Below, in pieces: positions 27,588-39,864 of a DNA stretch of 64,000 nucleotides. Origin of the DNA: Takakia lepidozioides (lineage: Eukaryota; Plantae; Bryophyta); assembly GCA_030704615.1 (NCBI GenBank), contig CM060731.1, positions 76,756,001-76,820,000 on the forward strand. The letters run 5' to 3'. The position numbers were made by a program, and so were the translations under genes. A model generated the notes under the pieces. It saw nothing but the letters and a program-made list of their open reading frames with translations. It had not been told where the DNA came from and ran no database searches. The stretch's first letter is position 1; each line of letters begins with the position of its first letter.

Positions 27588-28242
27588 CTCTCTTTCACGA
27601 TATAGACTTGGCAAATCGCTCCTCTTCCTCACCGTCGGATCTGAGTCAGATCCGACAGTTGTGGCGTTTTTCCTTGGATGGAAAGAATGGATGTAGGGTG
27701 GATAGTCCATCCATCCAAATCCATAACTAGCTACTTTGGGGGCCTTGCAAAATCCATTATGGCGGGTAAGCGGCGCCTCCAAAAACACATTATGGGTCCA
27801 TTAATGTGAGAATAAAGTGCAGATCTTGTCCCCCCCCCGTGGTTTGGGGCTCAATTCCTCTTGGCATGCACTCAATGGATATTCAACGATCGGGATCGTG
27901 CAGATTAAGAGGATAAAAAATGGACCTCCACACATCCGCGGATTTTGATTGGGCCGTCATCTATACATGGCAGAATTCATCCATCATGACCAGTATTTCA
28001 TCCAGGTTATGGTGAAGTAATCACCATTTTGACCTTGATTAGTTGGATTAGTTCGATAAATTCGATCCCCATTAGGCTAGATAAATTTGATTAAATGTGG
28101 TATATGCATAAAGATCATATTCTCAAATTCATTTTATTTTCTTCTTTGAAAACAAAAAGACGGAGTGGCAGCTCAAAATTGAGACTATTTACAAGGGGCG
28201 GGGGAAGAATGGGAGGGGATAAAATTGACCCTTAGTGACCGA

Positions 28243-28886
28243 TCAGGATTTGAGCCTCATACCATTGGCGTGATGTGCACCATATATTGAATTGTGTCAC
28301 TTACCATTATGGTGGGCCCCCACGAGTAGTTATGGTGGACAAGGGGGTGATTGCGTGGCGAGTTGAAGGGCATGTGGGGTCTTTTTAAATGACTGCGCAC
28401 ACGTGGTTGCCTCATAATGGGATTCATATCTACTTTGCATGTGTAGGCCACATGGACACCTCAGGATTTGAGCCTCAGACCAGTGGCCTGATGTGCACAA
28501 TATATTGAATTGTGTCACTTACCATTATGGCGGGCCCCCACAAGTAGTTATGGCGGACAAGGGGGTGGCTGCGTGGTGAGCTAAAGGGCATGTGGGGTCT
28601 TTCTAAATGACTGCGCATACGTGATAGCCTCATAATGGCCCAAATATGGATTCATATCTACTTTGCATGTGTAGGCCACATCGACACTTCAGGATTTGAG
28701 CCTCAGACCAGTGGCCTGATGTGCATGATATATTGAGTCATTTACCATTATGGCAAGCCCCCAAGAGTAATTATGGTGGACAAGGGCATGACTCCGCACA
28801 CGTAGTAGCCTCATGTGGCCAAAATCCACATGCGCACATGTCGTAGCCTCATAATGCCAAAATCCACTTTGTTTTGCATATGTAGG
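28243..28886. repeat. Three ~220-bp tandem units upstream of the Sola-like transposase
   Basis: tcaggatttgagcctca(t/g)acca... at 28243, 28461 and 28689. Confidence 0.85.
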
Positions 28887-29424
28887 TTTTTTCATAATGT
28901 GCTCAAGATTGATCGAGCTAGAGGGGAGGTTGCAAACTCTCATATGCTTGCAACCGTGCGATCATGATTCTCCAACAATTGACGGCTAACATAGGTTGAT
29001 CCCCGTCATAGCGTCCCCACCTCTCTTGAAGGAACACGTTGTGACCTACACCAAACATCCCACATGTATAAATAAGAGGTCTCAGCTCATTTGCTTCCTT
29101 TCTTGCTCATCTTGTACCTCCATGATAATCCCGGAGCGCTCTCTCTTTCCCTCTTTCCACCCCACCCCTCTTCTCTTTGGTTCTCTTCAGTCTCACTCAC
29201 TACTAGTGAGTGCTCTTTCCACCCCACCCCTCTCTTCAGAATCGTCTCTCACTCCCCTCTCTTCAGACATCTCCTCACCCAATTACCCATTTTCAACTCT
29301 AGGAAGGTTCGTACCCCATGCCGAAGTATCGCAGTGAAGATTTAAATCTAGTATTCTTCATATAGTTTATTATATTTCATCCATACTTATTATATCATCC
29401 ATATTATTCCATCCATCCATTTAT

Positions 29425-29650
29425 CATCCATCTGGTAGCATTTCGTAATATGTTTCGAAGTTTAGTTTGAATAAAGTTGTTAATCGATCTATCCGGAGGT
29501 ACTTCGTAACATGTTTCGAAGTTTGATATGAATACATTTGTTAGACGATCCATCCAATGGTACTTCGTAACATGTTTCGAAGTTCAGTGTGAAAGACCTT
29601 GTTAGTTGACGATCCATTCGATGGTACTTTGTAACGTGTTTCGAAATACA
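29425..29650. repeat. Four ~62-bp tandem units, each carrying the 22-bp palindrome
   Basis: ggtacttcgtaacatgtttcgaagt-like cores at 29440, 29501, 29562 and 29626. Confidence 0.85.
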
Positions 29651-29885
29651 GTATGAATGGATTTGTTGGTCATTGGTCATTAGTTGTACTGAAGCTGTCA
29701 CTGTTTGTGATCATTGGTTGTCTAGACGAATCTCGAGGTAGGGCATTTGGGATTCCAATATTCACATTAACGTGTCCAAATATACCGTCAAATAAAAATA
29801 TCTAGTTCGGGAAGTTTACAAGGTGGAAGTTCGGACTGTGTTTCAAAGTCATTGTCGTCCGTGAGAAGATTTTGGTTCAGTCGAC

Positions 29886-32800
29886 ATGTCTCTATTTAAA
29901 AGCGGAGATAGGGTGTCTCTATATTTTCGAGGAGGTGGTCAAGTTGTCGCTCTCGGTGATTGTTTAAATGTGTCTGGTAGTGGATCATGCCATGGCCTCC
30001 AGCTTACTTCATCGACAATTAGTGTCATTATTGTCAGCTGCTCAAACACAAATGATAGGACAAATCTCCCATATCCTCATATGGGAGCAGATACGATTGA
30101 GGAGGCAATTGGAACGCCGGTTTGTTGGGATGTCCGAGATGTTAAGCTAGCCCAAGTCGACATTCAAATTGAATCTGAGTCTGGTGATGAAGTTCCTTGG
30201 AGACCTTAGACGGATAAGACAGACATGGAGAAGCTTGAAGAGACCATGGGTCATCATGAGAAACAAGATAGTTCTACTCATGATTCATTTCCAAAGGATC
30301 ATATTTTGGGAAGAGACAAGTGGAGGAATATGATGTGTTGTCTTTTGGATAGAGAATCTGATCATCTCTATAAAGGGAGAATTCAAGTGTATTTTCCTGA
30401 CGAAGTCATTCTCTGTGACAAATTGGGAGAGGACCATGTTGGTGTTATCATCACACGAGTTATAGGAGGGGATTCCGGAATGCTCATGTCACTTGTAAAG
30501 TGGCCTCTGAATCGGACAAAGTTGGTAGAGACAAGGATTATGCTTTCTGAGGCTCTTGAGCACTTTTATAACTCCAACATTGATTCTGCAAATGATGATG
30601 ACTCTGCTCCAGGAATCCAAAAAGATCCATATCGACTCTTCACCATAATTGCCAGAGACCCGGGTTTACAGAATTCGAGGAAGTCCAAACGACTGTTGTC
30701 CCTTGAATCTGTTCGGCAAGTGAGTAGTAAGCCATGTTGTAAGCTAAAGTGTTGCTAACATTTTGATTGGCAAAGAACTCTTGCAATAAGGACAACTTTC
30801 TGGGCGTCAACGTTTGATTCTAGGAGAGAACTTGGATTTGATATTCCCAGGCGTCTTCACATTGTTCAGGGTTGCAAACGGAGGAACTACATAACAATCG
30901 AAGGTGTCGATATTTGCGAAAAAGCATGGTGGACGATTTTTGGGGTTGGCCGTTCAACATACATGGAGTACAAGAAGCTGAGCAAAGAGGGTGTTATTAC
31001 ATCATTTCATGGGAACTCGGGGATGAAAAAACCACGATCAAATACCCTCTAGGCTGAGGGAAACATTCTTTCAATCGTTAATGGGAATAATGACTGCATG
31101 CCCCATAAATTGAGGAGCATTGGCAATGGGAAACGAGACACTTTGAGGCTGCTTCCAGCTGATTTGAATTGGAGGAAAGTTCGTGTTCAGTCCAATGAGG
31201 TAAGTTAATTGAGCTCTCATTTGCTATCATTGACATTATATATATACTAGCACTTCGAACCTCGTTTCGATGTGACTGTCTTTCTCGAATTTCTTTCCCA
31301 CACTACATTATGTTTCGGGATAATACTTAGAAGCATACCTGCTCTATGTGAGTCCACGAGACGTAGGCGCCGGAACTTTTGTTTACTTTCTACCCGTTGG
31401 AGTCCCTTGACTCTTCTCATTCTGTTGTGCACTATTTCGGTACTGGATTGGGTGTTTTATCTCGTGGACTTAAAGTCATTAATCATATTTTATGTATTGA
31501 TTCATCACCATTTTGGATGCAGGTCAATGGTATCCTTGGTCTTGCACCTGTTTCTAGTTCGACCATAAGTCGGATTCGAAAATGAGTTTTTTCAAATGTT
31601 GAACTACGTAAGTGTGGGAGTACTTTTGCAAAATGCACAGAGTGTGAGATGTTGAAGGATCTTATCAAAAAGTCTGTGAAGCGAAGTGATGATCAACTCA
31701 GCCATAAAAAATTTTTAGACAAACATTTGAAGCATCAAGAGTCTTGTCGGAGGCTTTATCACAGCTGGAGAAATGAATCCGCTATGATGGGAAATGAATT
31801 TCTTTGCATCATCCATGATAAAATGGATCACCAAAAGACGGCTCTTCCACGTCTACAAACCACAAACAAGATGATATCAGGATTGGGTCAGCTTCCAATT
31901 TCCTTGACTGGGATGATAACTCATGGATACGGAGATGGAGCATATGCCTAGTACTCGGTCGATTTGTGGCCTGGAGATCCGAATTTCACTATTGGTTTTG
32001 TTGCAAGATGCCTCCGCCAACTTGAGAAACCTACTTGCAAAGAATCAAAGAATATTTTTGACCATCCATTCCAAAATGATTTTTTTGAGCAATTAATGTG
32101 GGGAAAGTCCAGATGGGTAGATGTGTTGAAGCCATTACATCCAGAAGCCCAAAAGGGACCGCGGCCATTGCCTCAGAGATTATATTTGTAGATGGATAAT
32201 TGTGTGAAGGACAACAAGAATAGGTGGATGTTGGTATTTCTTTCTTTGCTCACAGCAAGGGGTGTATTCAAAGAAGTTCAATTGGGATTTCTGATGGTTG
32301 GTCAAACGCACGAAGATATAGATGGATTTTTCAGCTATCTCTCAAAAAAATTGAAAGAGAACAACACTTATGTCTTCTCAGATTTAATGAGACATTTCAT
32401 GGGTTCTCAGGAGTTGCAGTTTATTCTACAAATCATTCAAGAAGTTCCTGACTTCAAGGAGTTTGTACATGGTCATATTATTGATGGAAAAGAGGCTCTT
32501 GTTGGAGCTATTGATATGCATGTTTTTCGGTTTTACATGGATTCAGAAAATTGGCCTGTCATGCAATACAAGAAATCCGTGACTGATTCTGATTGGCTTC
32601 CAAAACAAGGTGCAGTTAAAATGTGGAAAACTCTTGACGATGGATCTCCTTCACTCCCCGTGGGTGAGCCTAAGTCAGTGCCCATGAGACCAATTTGGGA
32701 AGACAACGAGGATGCGGTACATAAGCAATCTATCATCAAATCCGGACTAAAAAAATATCTGGAGTTTTTGGAGAAAGGGAATGAATATTGTTGAGCACTA

Positions 32801-33467
32801 TGGAACTGTCATGAAAAAGTATGATCAATACTGGACTAATATTCTGGAGGAGCTAGAGCTTCCACTTGAGGACCCAAAAGATACTGGTCTTCTAGAAGGA
32901 TTTTGGCCCTCTACAAAATGGCGAGAAAGTCACATGAGAGATGGATTTAATAGACGAATCAAATGATCATGAAGTTGAGGAAATTGTTCCTTATTATGGG
33001 CCAAGGTGTGATCGTCCAAAAGAAGGTCTAAATCCGTACAAAGACATTGAAAAAGAATTTTTTATCCTTGTTCGCCCTCATGATCCTAATACATATCCAG
33101 TTTGGTTGGGAATGGCATCATCCGATGTAGTTCGTGATAGAAAGAATATCAATTACAAAAAGGTAATTGTTGAGTGGTGGAGACCAAAGAAGGGAGGTAA
33201 TCCATCTGATTTGGAAAGGTACATGGATTGTTGGACAAAGACTTGGGAATTCAACCCCGAAATCTTCCACAATGGATCCATGTTGACACCGTTGTTTAGA
33301 CCATGCCCGCGAGAAAAAATACTACGAGGTCAAGCACAAAGCGAATAAGTGTTAAAGAGGTAGAGAAAGTGAAAGCTAATATCGATAAAGCGAATCTCCA
33401 ATGCGACGCACAAACAAGTTCTTTGCGTAATTTCGAACAATCTGAAGACATTAACCATGATGTATGA
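29886..33467 (+). pseudogene. Sola-like DDD transposase, one intron (~31200-31522), multiple stops and frameshifts
   Basis: IIHDKMD...ISLTGMITHG...LYL*MDNCVKDNKN...FLMVGQTHEDIDGFFS...PVMQYK; Cys/His motifs (CCKLKCC, FAKCTEC...H...H) upstream. Confidence 0.75.
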
Positions 33468-34415
33468 TCTGTTAACAAGGACACATTGACGTCAATTCAA
33501 TCAAAGTTTGATTTTAATAATAGGATTTGTGTCACAATTTTTTTTTTTATCAGATTCAGTAGTTGTATGTTTACTTTTTTTATCTTGGTGTACTTGTTTT
33601 TGCTACAATGTGATAGTGATTTGAAGTAAATGACATATCATTTTGTACTTTGGAAATCTTCCTCAGGTGTTAATTAATTATTAAAACAACAAAATATATA
33701 TATTTTAGGCATTATGTGTATATTAATTGTAGGAATTATGATAAGTGAACTCAACATATCATTATAGTGGGCATGATAAGATGGACATGTTTGTATTTAA
33801 CGGATGTCATTATTAGAAATGTAGGTAAGACTTCTGTGGATAAGTTATATATATACGTGTATGTTGCGAATTATTTTTGTCAAGAACACACATTGGTGTA
33901 ACTAATTAATTGTAGGAACGACAAGAAAACATTGTATTGGGCATTAGGTGGTTAGTGTGTGCATACGGTCTGAGCATTGATAAATATGTATTGACAATAT
34001 CTATCAATAATACACTAATCAATCGTATGAGTTACCAACATGATTGCATTATAATGGACACTATGAGGTGGATGTCATGTTTGTATGGATGGGATGTCAT
34101 TATCAGAAATTTAGGCATTGACATGGTGGATATAATGTACTAATATGCTAATAAGTGTGTGTTGACAATTATATGTATGGATTTATGTGTTAAATGTGTG
34201 TTGACAATTATCTTTTGAAGGTTTACTAATGTATATTTAAATAGATTTTTTTGTTTTTACATCAGGGTTTAGGTTCAACTTCAATTTCGAAGTGAAATAA
34301 TTAAATATAATTATTTCACATGTTATTTGTTAAATTAAATTAAATTAAATTGTCAGGTATACTAAGTTTGGTCCGGAATTAACGAAAAAAATCCGGAATG
34401 AGTTAAAATTGAGTT

Positions 34416-34656
34416 ACTTCCCTGGTTTGTACTTCATAATCCTGACATCGACTGGCGATCACGAAAAATTTCGGCAAGACAAAAATGCAAAAATACCAAA
34501 GGTAGTCAATCTATGTTTCTTGGAGCTAGAGCCTTCATGAGAGCTACGAAGAAAAACGCGACATTTGCACTTTATGCGACTCCGATCAAAACCACAACAG
34601 ACCGAGGTACTTCGACATTACCCACTCAATATTAAGATTTCAAGGATGTCTTCGAG
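34416..34656 (+). pseudogene. Outer Gypsy PR-RT linker resumed after the Sola-like element
   Basis: LPWFVLHNPDIDW...LPTQY*DFKDVFE; continuation NADMLPEHRPYDC is at 38218. Confidence 0.85.
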
Positions 34657-35849
34657 TGAGGATGCTACGTGAGGCAGGGCGACTAAAAGAGGCTCTACAG
34701 ACTTTAAACCAAGGGGATGCATGATTTGTGCAGATCAGGCATGGATAGCTGAAGGAGCAGAGATAGAGTGTGGGTCCAGATTCATCCAAGGGGGCCAGCA
34801 AGAAGGCAACTCTTTGTGTGCTTGATTCTCAATTGCTCTCGTGGTCTCATTGGCAGGATTTCCCACCACAGCCCCTTTCTTCCAAGTAGCCAGTTGTCAA
34901 CTTTACTCTCCCATCCTTCACCCTCTTCGTCAATGAAGTACTTCATTTCTCCTTTTTCATGTTCCAGCCATTTAGGTGGTTTCTCCCTCAATACTACCTT
35001 CAATTGCTGCATTGTCATGTGTTTACTCTCTGTGGTTTTAATTTGCTCATGCCCAACAGTTGGAAGAATTCCATGTGTTGGGATAATTCCATTCTGAGCT
35101 GCAATTTCCGTTCTTTTCAGTGCTTCCCACATGGTGGCTTTTGTTGGAACAGGTCTGTCCTCTTCACTTAAGTTTTCCTCTCCTCATCATACTTCTCCAA
35201 ATCTGGTCATAGGCATCCTCATTTCCTTCTGTCTCTAGCCCATCATGCTCATCCTCCTTGACTGTCATTTGTGGTTCAGCTCTTGTTTGTGTGTCTCCAT
35301 CAAAGGGACATCCTTCGTGTGGTGGAATGCTGCATGCTGAGTGCAGAAGTGCTGAGTGCACTTGATAAAATCGGGTACCCTCATCTTCAATACATTTTCA
35401 GCCTGTTCTGTCTTCTTTTTAGAGTAGTTCCTAATTGTCCAACGAAGGGGAGAATGTATATGGATTATGGGTGTTGTGGTAGGGATAGCTAAAGGGGTAC
35501 ACAAACTAGGGCTAGTTCTGTTTTCAGTGCACATGGTGCTACTTACAAAAGTATTCGATCAGAAATACAAGGTGACGAACTTGTGCCCTTAGACTGTGTT
35601 TTGAGGAGCCAGATTTTGGGACAGCAGTGCTATTTCGTAAATCTGACTGGCAGTTGTTTAAGAGAATCTCTTTTTACATCTGCTGTTGTTGTCTTCAGTG
35701 CCTCTGTTATGTCATTTCCACTTTGTCACTTTGTTCTTTCTTTTGAATGATGGTGTGTTATGATTTACCAAATAATATTAAAAACCAAATTCTCAAACAA
35801 CTGATTTGATGCCACGTGTCCATCCCAACAAACCACTTTACAGTAGGCA

Positions 35850-36350
35850 CCATGACTACACAACATCGCATCATATATTGACACGTGTCATATCCTTGAA
35901 AAAACACCCGGCAATGAGCTCCTATAGGCGTAGTCATGGGAATGACTTTAAATACATTTAAAATTCAAAACAAACTAATCATATGATGTAATATGTCCAA
36001 ATGTCAGCATGTTGGTAGTAAGGATAATGATTGCAAAGCCTCTTCATAATATGCCATGTGTCAATTTTTGGAGACGTCAGATGGCGCACATCCACAAAAA
36101 CCTCTTGGATTTATTAAAAAGAGACACGTGTACAGTTTGCAACAGCACAATAAGTCATGTATGGTAGAAGTACATATGACAGTCAAATGTATCACTTGGT
36201 TCATCTGATTGCAGTCATACGTGACCGACCATCCTAAATTCATTGTATTCAATTGGTTTGCACGACTTGCAGTCAGCGAAGTCATATGTACCGTTTATGA
36301 CTATGAGACAGTCATATATACAGTCATATATACCGCGTTCTGTTGTAGTG
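35850..36350. mobile_element. CACTA element end (TIR at 36321-36350); internal sequence may extend left to ~34800
   Basis: cagtcatatataccgcgttctgttgtagtg, the reverse complement of CACTACAACAGAACGCGGTATATATGACTG; (g)tcat/tgact subterminal repeats; TSD TCC at 36351-36353. Confidence 0.85.
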
Positions 36351-38217
36351 TCCTGGTAAGTTCCTCTGGGCTATGTCCGTAACATCACCCCCTCCTCTAG
36401 CGTCGAGTTCCTCATGCAAGGAGCGGTAAAATCTTGGACTTGCTTAGAGTTAGAGAAAATCCAAAATCCGGCGAATGGTACTTGCCAAGTATTCGGCTCT
36501 TCGTTCTTGACTCAAATGATTTATAGGTCCCTGCAACCATTGATAGTGTCTAACACCTTGAACTTGGGACCACGCAGTGATTTGAGCATTCTAATTCTCG
36601 AAGCTGCCTTCAAACATGATTTCGTTGCCCTCTGCGTCCGAAACCTCAACCTCCAACAGAATTATCAGACTTCGAGTAGGCTCCACTTGCCGTCGTACGG
36701 GGTCCAGACGAGGAAATACGCGTCGCATTGGTGGCCCATCGTCTCGAGAGCGTCGGCGTGATGTTGAAGGTCGTGAGAGTCGGAACGGCTTATCTGGTAG
36801 CTGGGTAAGCGACAACTCATCTGGTTCATGTGACTCCATACTGCCAATACAAGATGCAAGAGCGTTGGAAGTGTAGCTATATATACTGATGTGTGGTGCT
36901 CCTCCCTCCTTAACGTGTATCAGGTACATTGAATGTGGAGTTTTCACCTTGAAGCTAACTTGGCTGATATCATCATTGTGACGTCTTATTGACGTGCTGT
37001 ATATCATTGATGAAACTCTTGGACTTTGTCAGATGCATTGGCGAGGTTGGATGAAAATTCCCACGTTCGTTCGCTGATGTCGTAGTCTTTCCAATGTACA
37101 AAATACTCAAGACGTTTATATTTGATGCGAGAGTCTAAGACTTCGTCGACTTCATACTCAATTTCCAGATTAACTTCGATTGGTGGAGGTGGTACGGAGA
37201 CTCTCCCTGGAATATTCGATGGATGATACAACTTCAATAATGAAACATAAAAGACTGGATGGATACGCATACTTCGTGGGAGTTCAAGCTGAAAACTGAC
37301 CGGATTTATTTGTCGAATAATTTTGAATGGTCCCAGGCGTTGATAATCCAACTTCCTTGATGGTCGCAATGTTTGTATGTCCTATCGAAGAAGCCACACA
37401 CGATCTCCGACCTTGAATTGGGGTTGGAGTTGGCGACGTTGATCTGCATAGTCATTGTATTGTTTTTTAGCTTGTGCGAGTTGGAATTTAAGCTCATTGT
37501 GAATCATAGCAAGATGAGTAGTAAGGTTTTCTTCAGCAGGGTTTCCAACAGTCTTCATGTGGAAAGGGTTTGCTCGAGGATGATGATCATAATTGGAGAA
37601 AAAAATGAAGTTTGTTTGGTCAAAGAATGTATACTATTGTTGTAGGCAAACTCAACCAATGACAGAAGGTCCGTCCAATTATCTTGCTGATAATTTATCG
37701 TACGACGAAGATACTGTTCCAAAATCTGGTTTACACGTTCGGTTTGACCATCAGTCTATGGATAATTAGCTGTAGAGAGGTTGATCTTAGTATCCAATAT
37801 GTGAAATAATCCCCTCCAGAAATTTGATATGAACTGTGGTCCTCGATTAGATACGATGTCCTTCGGGAGTCCATCAATGCGGTAGATATTATTAAGGAAG
37901 AGTCTTACAATTTTCTTGCCGGTAACCGTCTTATTACATGGAATGAAATGTGTCATCTTCGTAAAACGATCTACAATAACAAGGATTGAATCGGTGGTCT
38001 TGGAAATTGAAATGTCCGTAATAAAGTCCATAGACGCAGACGACCATGGACCCTTGGGAATGGGTAATGGTTGAAGAAGGCCGTAAGGTCGATGTCGTGG
38101 TCCATTCACTCTAGCACACGTATCGCAAGATTTTATAAATTCTTTCACGAGTTTCCACATCTGCGGCCATCAATAGTCCCTAGATATCAATTCCATTGTT
38201 TTGTTGAAGCCGAAATG
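36351..38217 (-). pseudogene. Inverted block of outer Gypsy: integrase, chromodomain, PPT (36385-36400) and first 34 bp of the 3' LTR
   Basis: HFGFNKT...CDTCAR...SMDFIT...EYEVDEVLDSR...YFVHWKDY; ctagaggagggggtga followed by tgttacggacatagcccagaggaac. Confidence 0.88.
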
Positions 38218-39864
38218 AAATGCAGACATGTTGCCAGAACATCGACCTTATGATTGTGCAATTGAGTTGCAAGAATGAGCTCAACCACCATTCGCCCCGA
38301 TCTACAATTTATCTCAGACGGAGCTGGCTGCTTTACGCGAATACATTGGTGAAAATTTGTCAAAGAATTTCATTCGACATTCGAAATCACCCGCAGGAGC
38401 ACTTATCTTATTTGTGAAGAAGAATGACGGATCGTTACGCATGTGTGTGGACTATCGTGGGCTCAACAAAGTCACTATAAAAAATCGTTATCCACTACCG
38501 CTGATTTCCGGACTCCTCGAACAACTTGGACGAGCAAATTTTTTCACAAAGATCGACTTGAGAGGAGCTTACAACCTTGTACGAATAAAAGAATGAGACG
38601 AATAGAAGACTGTTTTTTGCACAAGGTACGGACATTTCGAATACAGTGTTATGTCTTTCGGTCTTACAAATGCTCCAGCAATTTTTCAACATATGATGAA
38701 TGACATATTTCGAGAATTTTTAGATGACTTTGTAGTCATCTATTTGAACGACATTTTGATATTTTCATAGAATGAATAAGAACATGGTCGCCATGTACGC
38801 ATTGTCCTTGATAAATTGAGGGAAAAAAAGACTATATGCCAAGTTGGAAAAATATCTTTTCCACCAATCTGAAGTCGAATTTTTGGGCTACATTATTTCC
38901 GACAAATGAGTCTTTATGGATCAGAAGAAAATACAAACCATCATCGAGTGGATTAAACCAACTTCGGTCCGAGATGTATAATGTTTTCTAGGATTTGCAA
39001 ATTTCTATAGAATCTTCATCAAGGACTCCTCCAAAATTGCTGCACCATTGACACGACTCACAGGGAAGGTCAAATTTGTATGGGACGAGAAGGCTGACCA
39101 AACATTTAAAAGGTTGAAGCAGGCATTAACAACGACTCCAATACTGGTACATGCAGACCCATCTAAACCATTCTTTTTGGAAGCAGATGCATCGGACTTT
39201 GCATTTGGCGCAGTACTCTCTCAATACGGTACAGATGGCTGACTTCACCTTGTTGGTTTTCGTTCTCGCAAATTTTCCGCTGCGGAGATCAATTATGAAA
39301 TCCATGACAAAGAACTTCTAGCGATTATTGATGCTTTTGAGGAGTGGCGTCATCTATTGGAGGGAGCTAAACATCAGGTCACAGTCTATACCGATCACAA
39401 AAACCTCGAGTATTTTATGAGTGCTCTTGTTTTGAATCGACGTCAAGCGAGATAGAGTATGTCACTAGCAAGGTTTGATTTTGTTATTATCTACCGTCCC
39501 GGACATCTTCAAGGAAAACCAGATGCTCTTTATCGACGATCGTATCTTGCGCCAAAAGAAGGGGATGCAACTTTTGACCAACATAAATCCATCATCTTGA
39601 AAGCAGCAAATCTCCAAGTGAATATGCTATCCATGTCCACCTATGACGATGCAGAGATCATAAAAGAGATTCAGGAAGCACTGAAGAGCGACCAATTTGC
39701 CATGACACTACGAAGTCAACTAAATCGACCTCGAGACAACCCACATATTACAAACGACTTCGAATTCAAAGATGACTTACTTTATTTTAAAGGACTTCTC
39801 TATGTATCTCCAGGACCTACACGACTTCAAATTCTTCAAACATGTCACGATCTTTCGATTGCAG
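38218..39864 (+). pseudogene. Outer Gypsy RT and RNase H, degenerate
   Basis: [30 protein letters not shown] (degenerate YxDD), [15 protein letters not shown]; ends at CHDLSIA. Confidence 0.9.

Larger units (their letters stand above)
9775..31273. promoter_or_regulatory. Dispersed 22-bp palindrome ACTTCG-N10-CGAAGT, at least 18 copies
   Basis: Starts at 9775, 10639, 11880, 12483, 14504, 16009, 17478, 18599, 18802, 18974, 19267, 29306, 29440, 29501, 29562, 29626, 29828 and 31252. The spacer is always 10 nt, with 0-2 arm mismatches. Regulatory role is inferred. Confidence 0.75.
8010..34415 (+). mobile_element. Giant Sola-like TIR DNA transposon with cargo genes (26.4 kb; ~19.6 kb without the nested Gypsy)
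   Basis: TIRs AACTCAATTTTAACT(A/C)ATTCCGGA at 8010 and 34415. 4-bp TSD ATTT/ACTT. Removing the element restores Gypsy IIG-LPWFVLHNPDIDW. DDD-type transposase at 29886-33467. Confidence 0.8.

Noticed and set aside
29425-29650. CRISPR-like look (palindromic repeat plus ~40-bp spacers)
   Set aside because: The linkers are homologous to each other, there are no cas genes and the context is eukaryotic; it is a tandem repeat.
34782-35534. Minus-strand ORFs as a CACTA TnpA/TnpD gene
   Set aside because: Plausible by position but no diagnostic motif was recognised; left unassigned.
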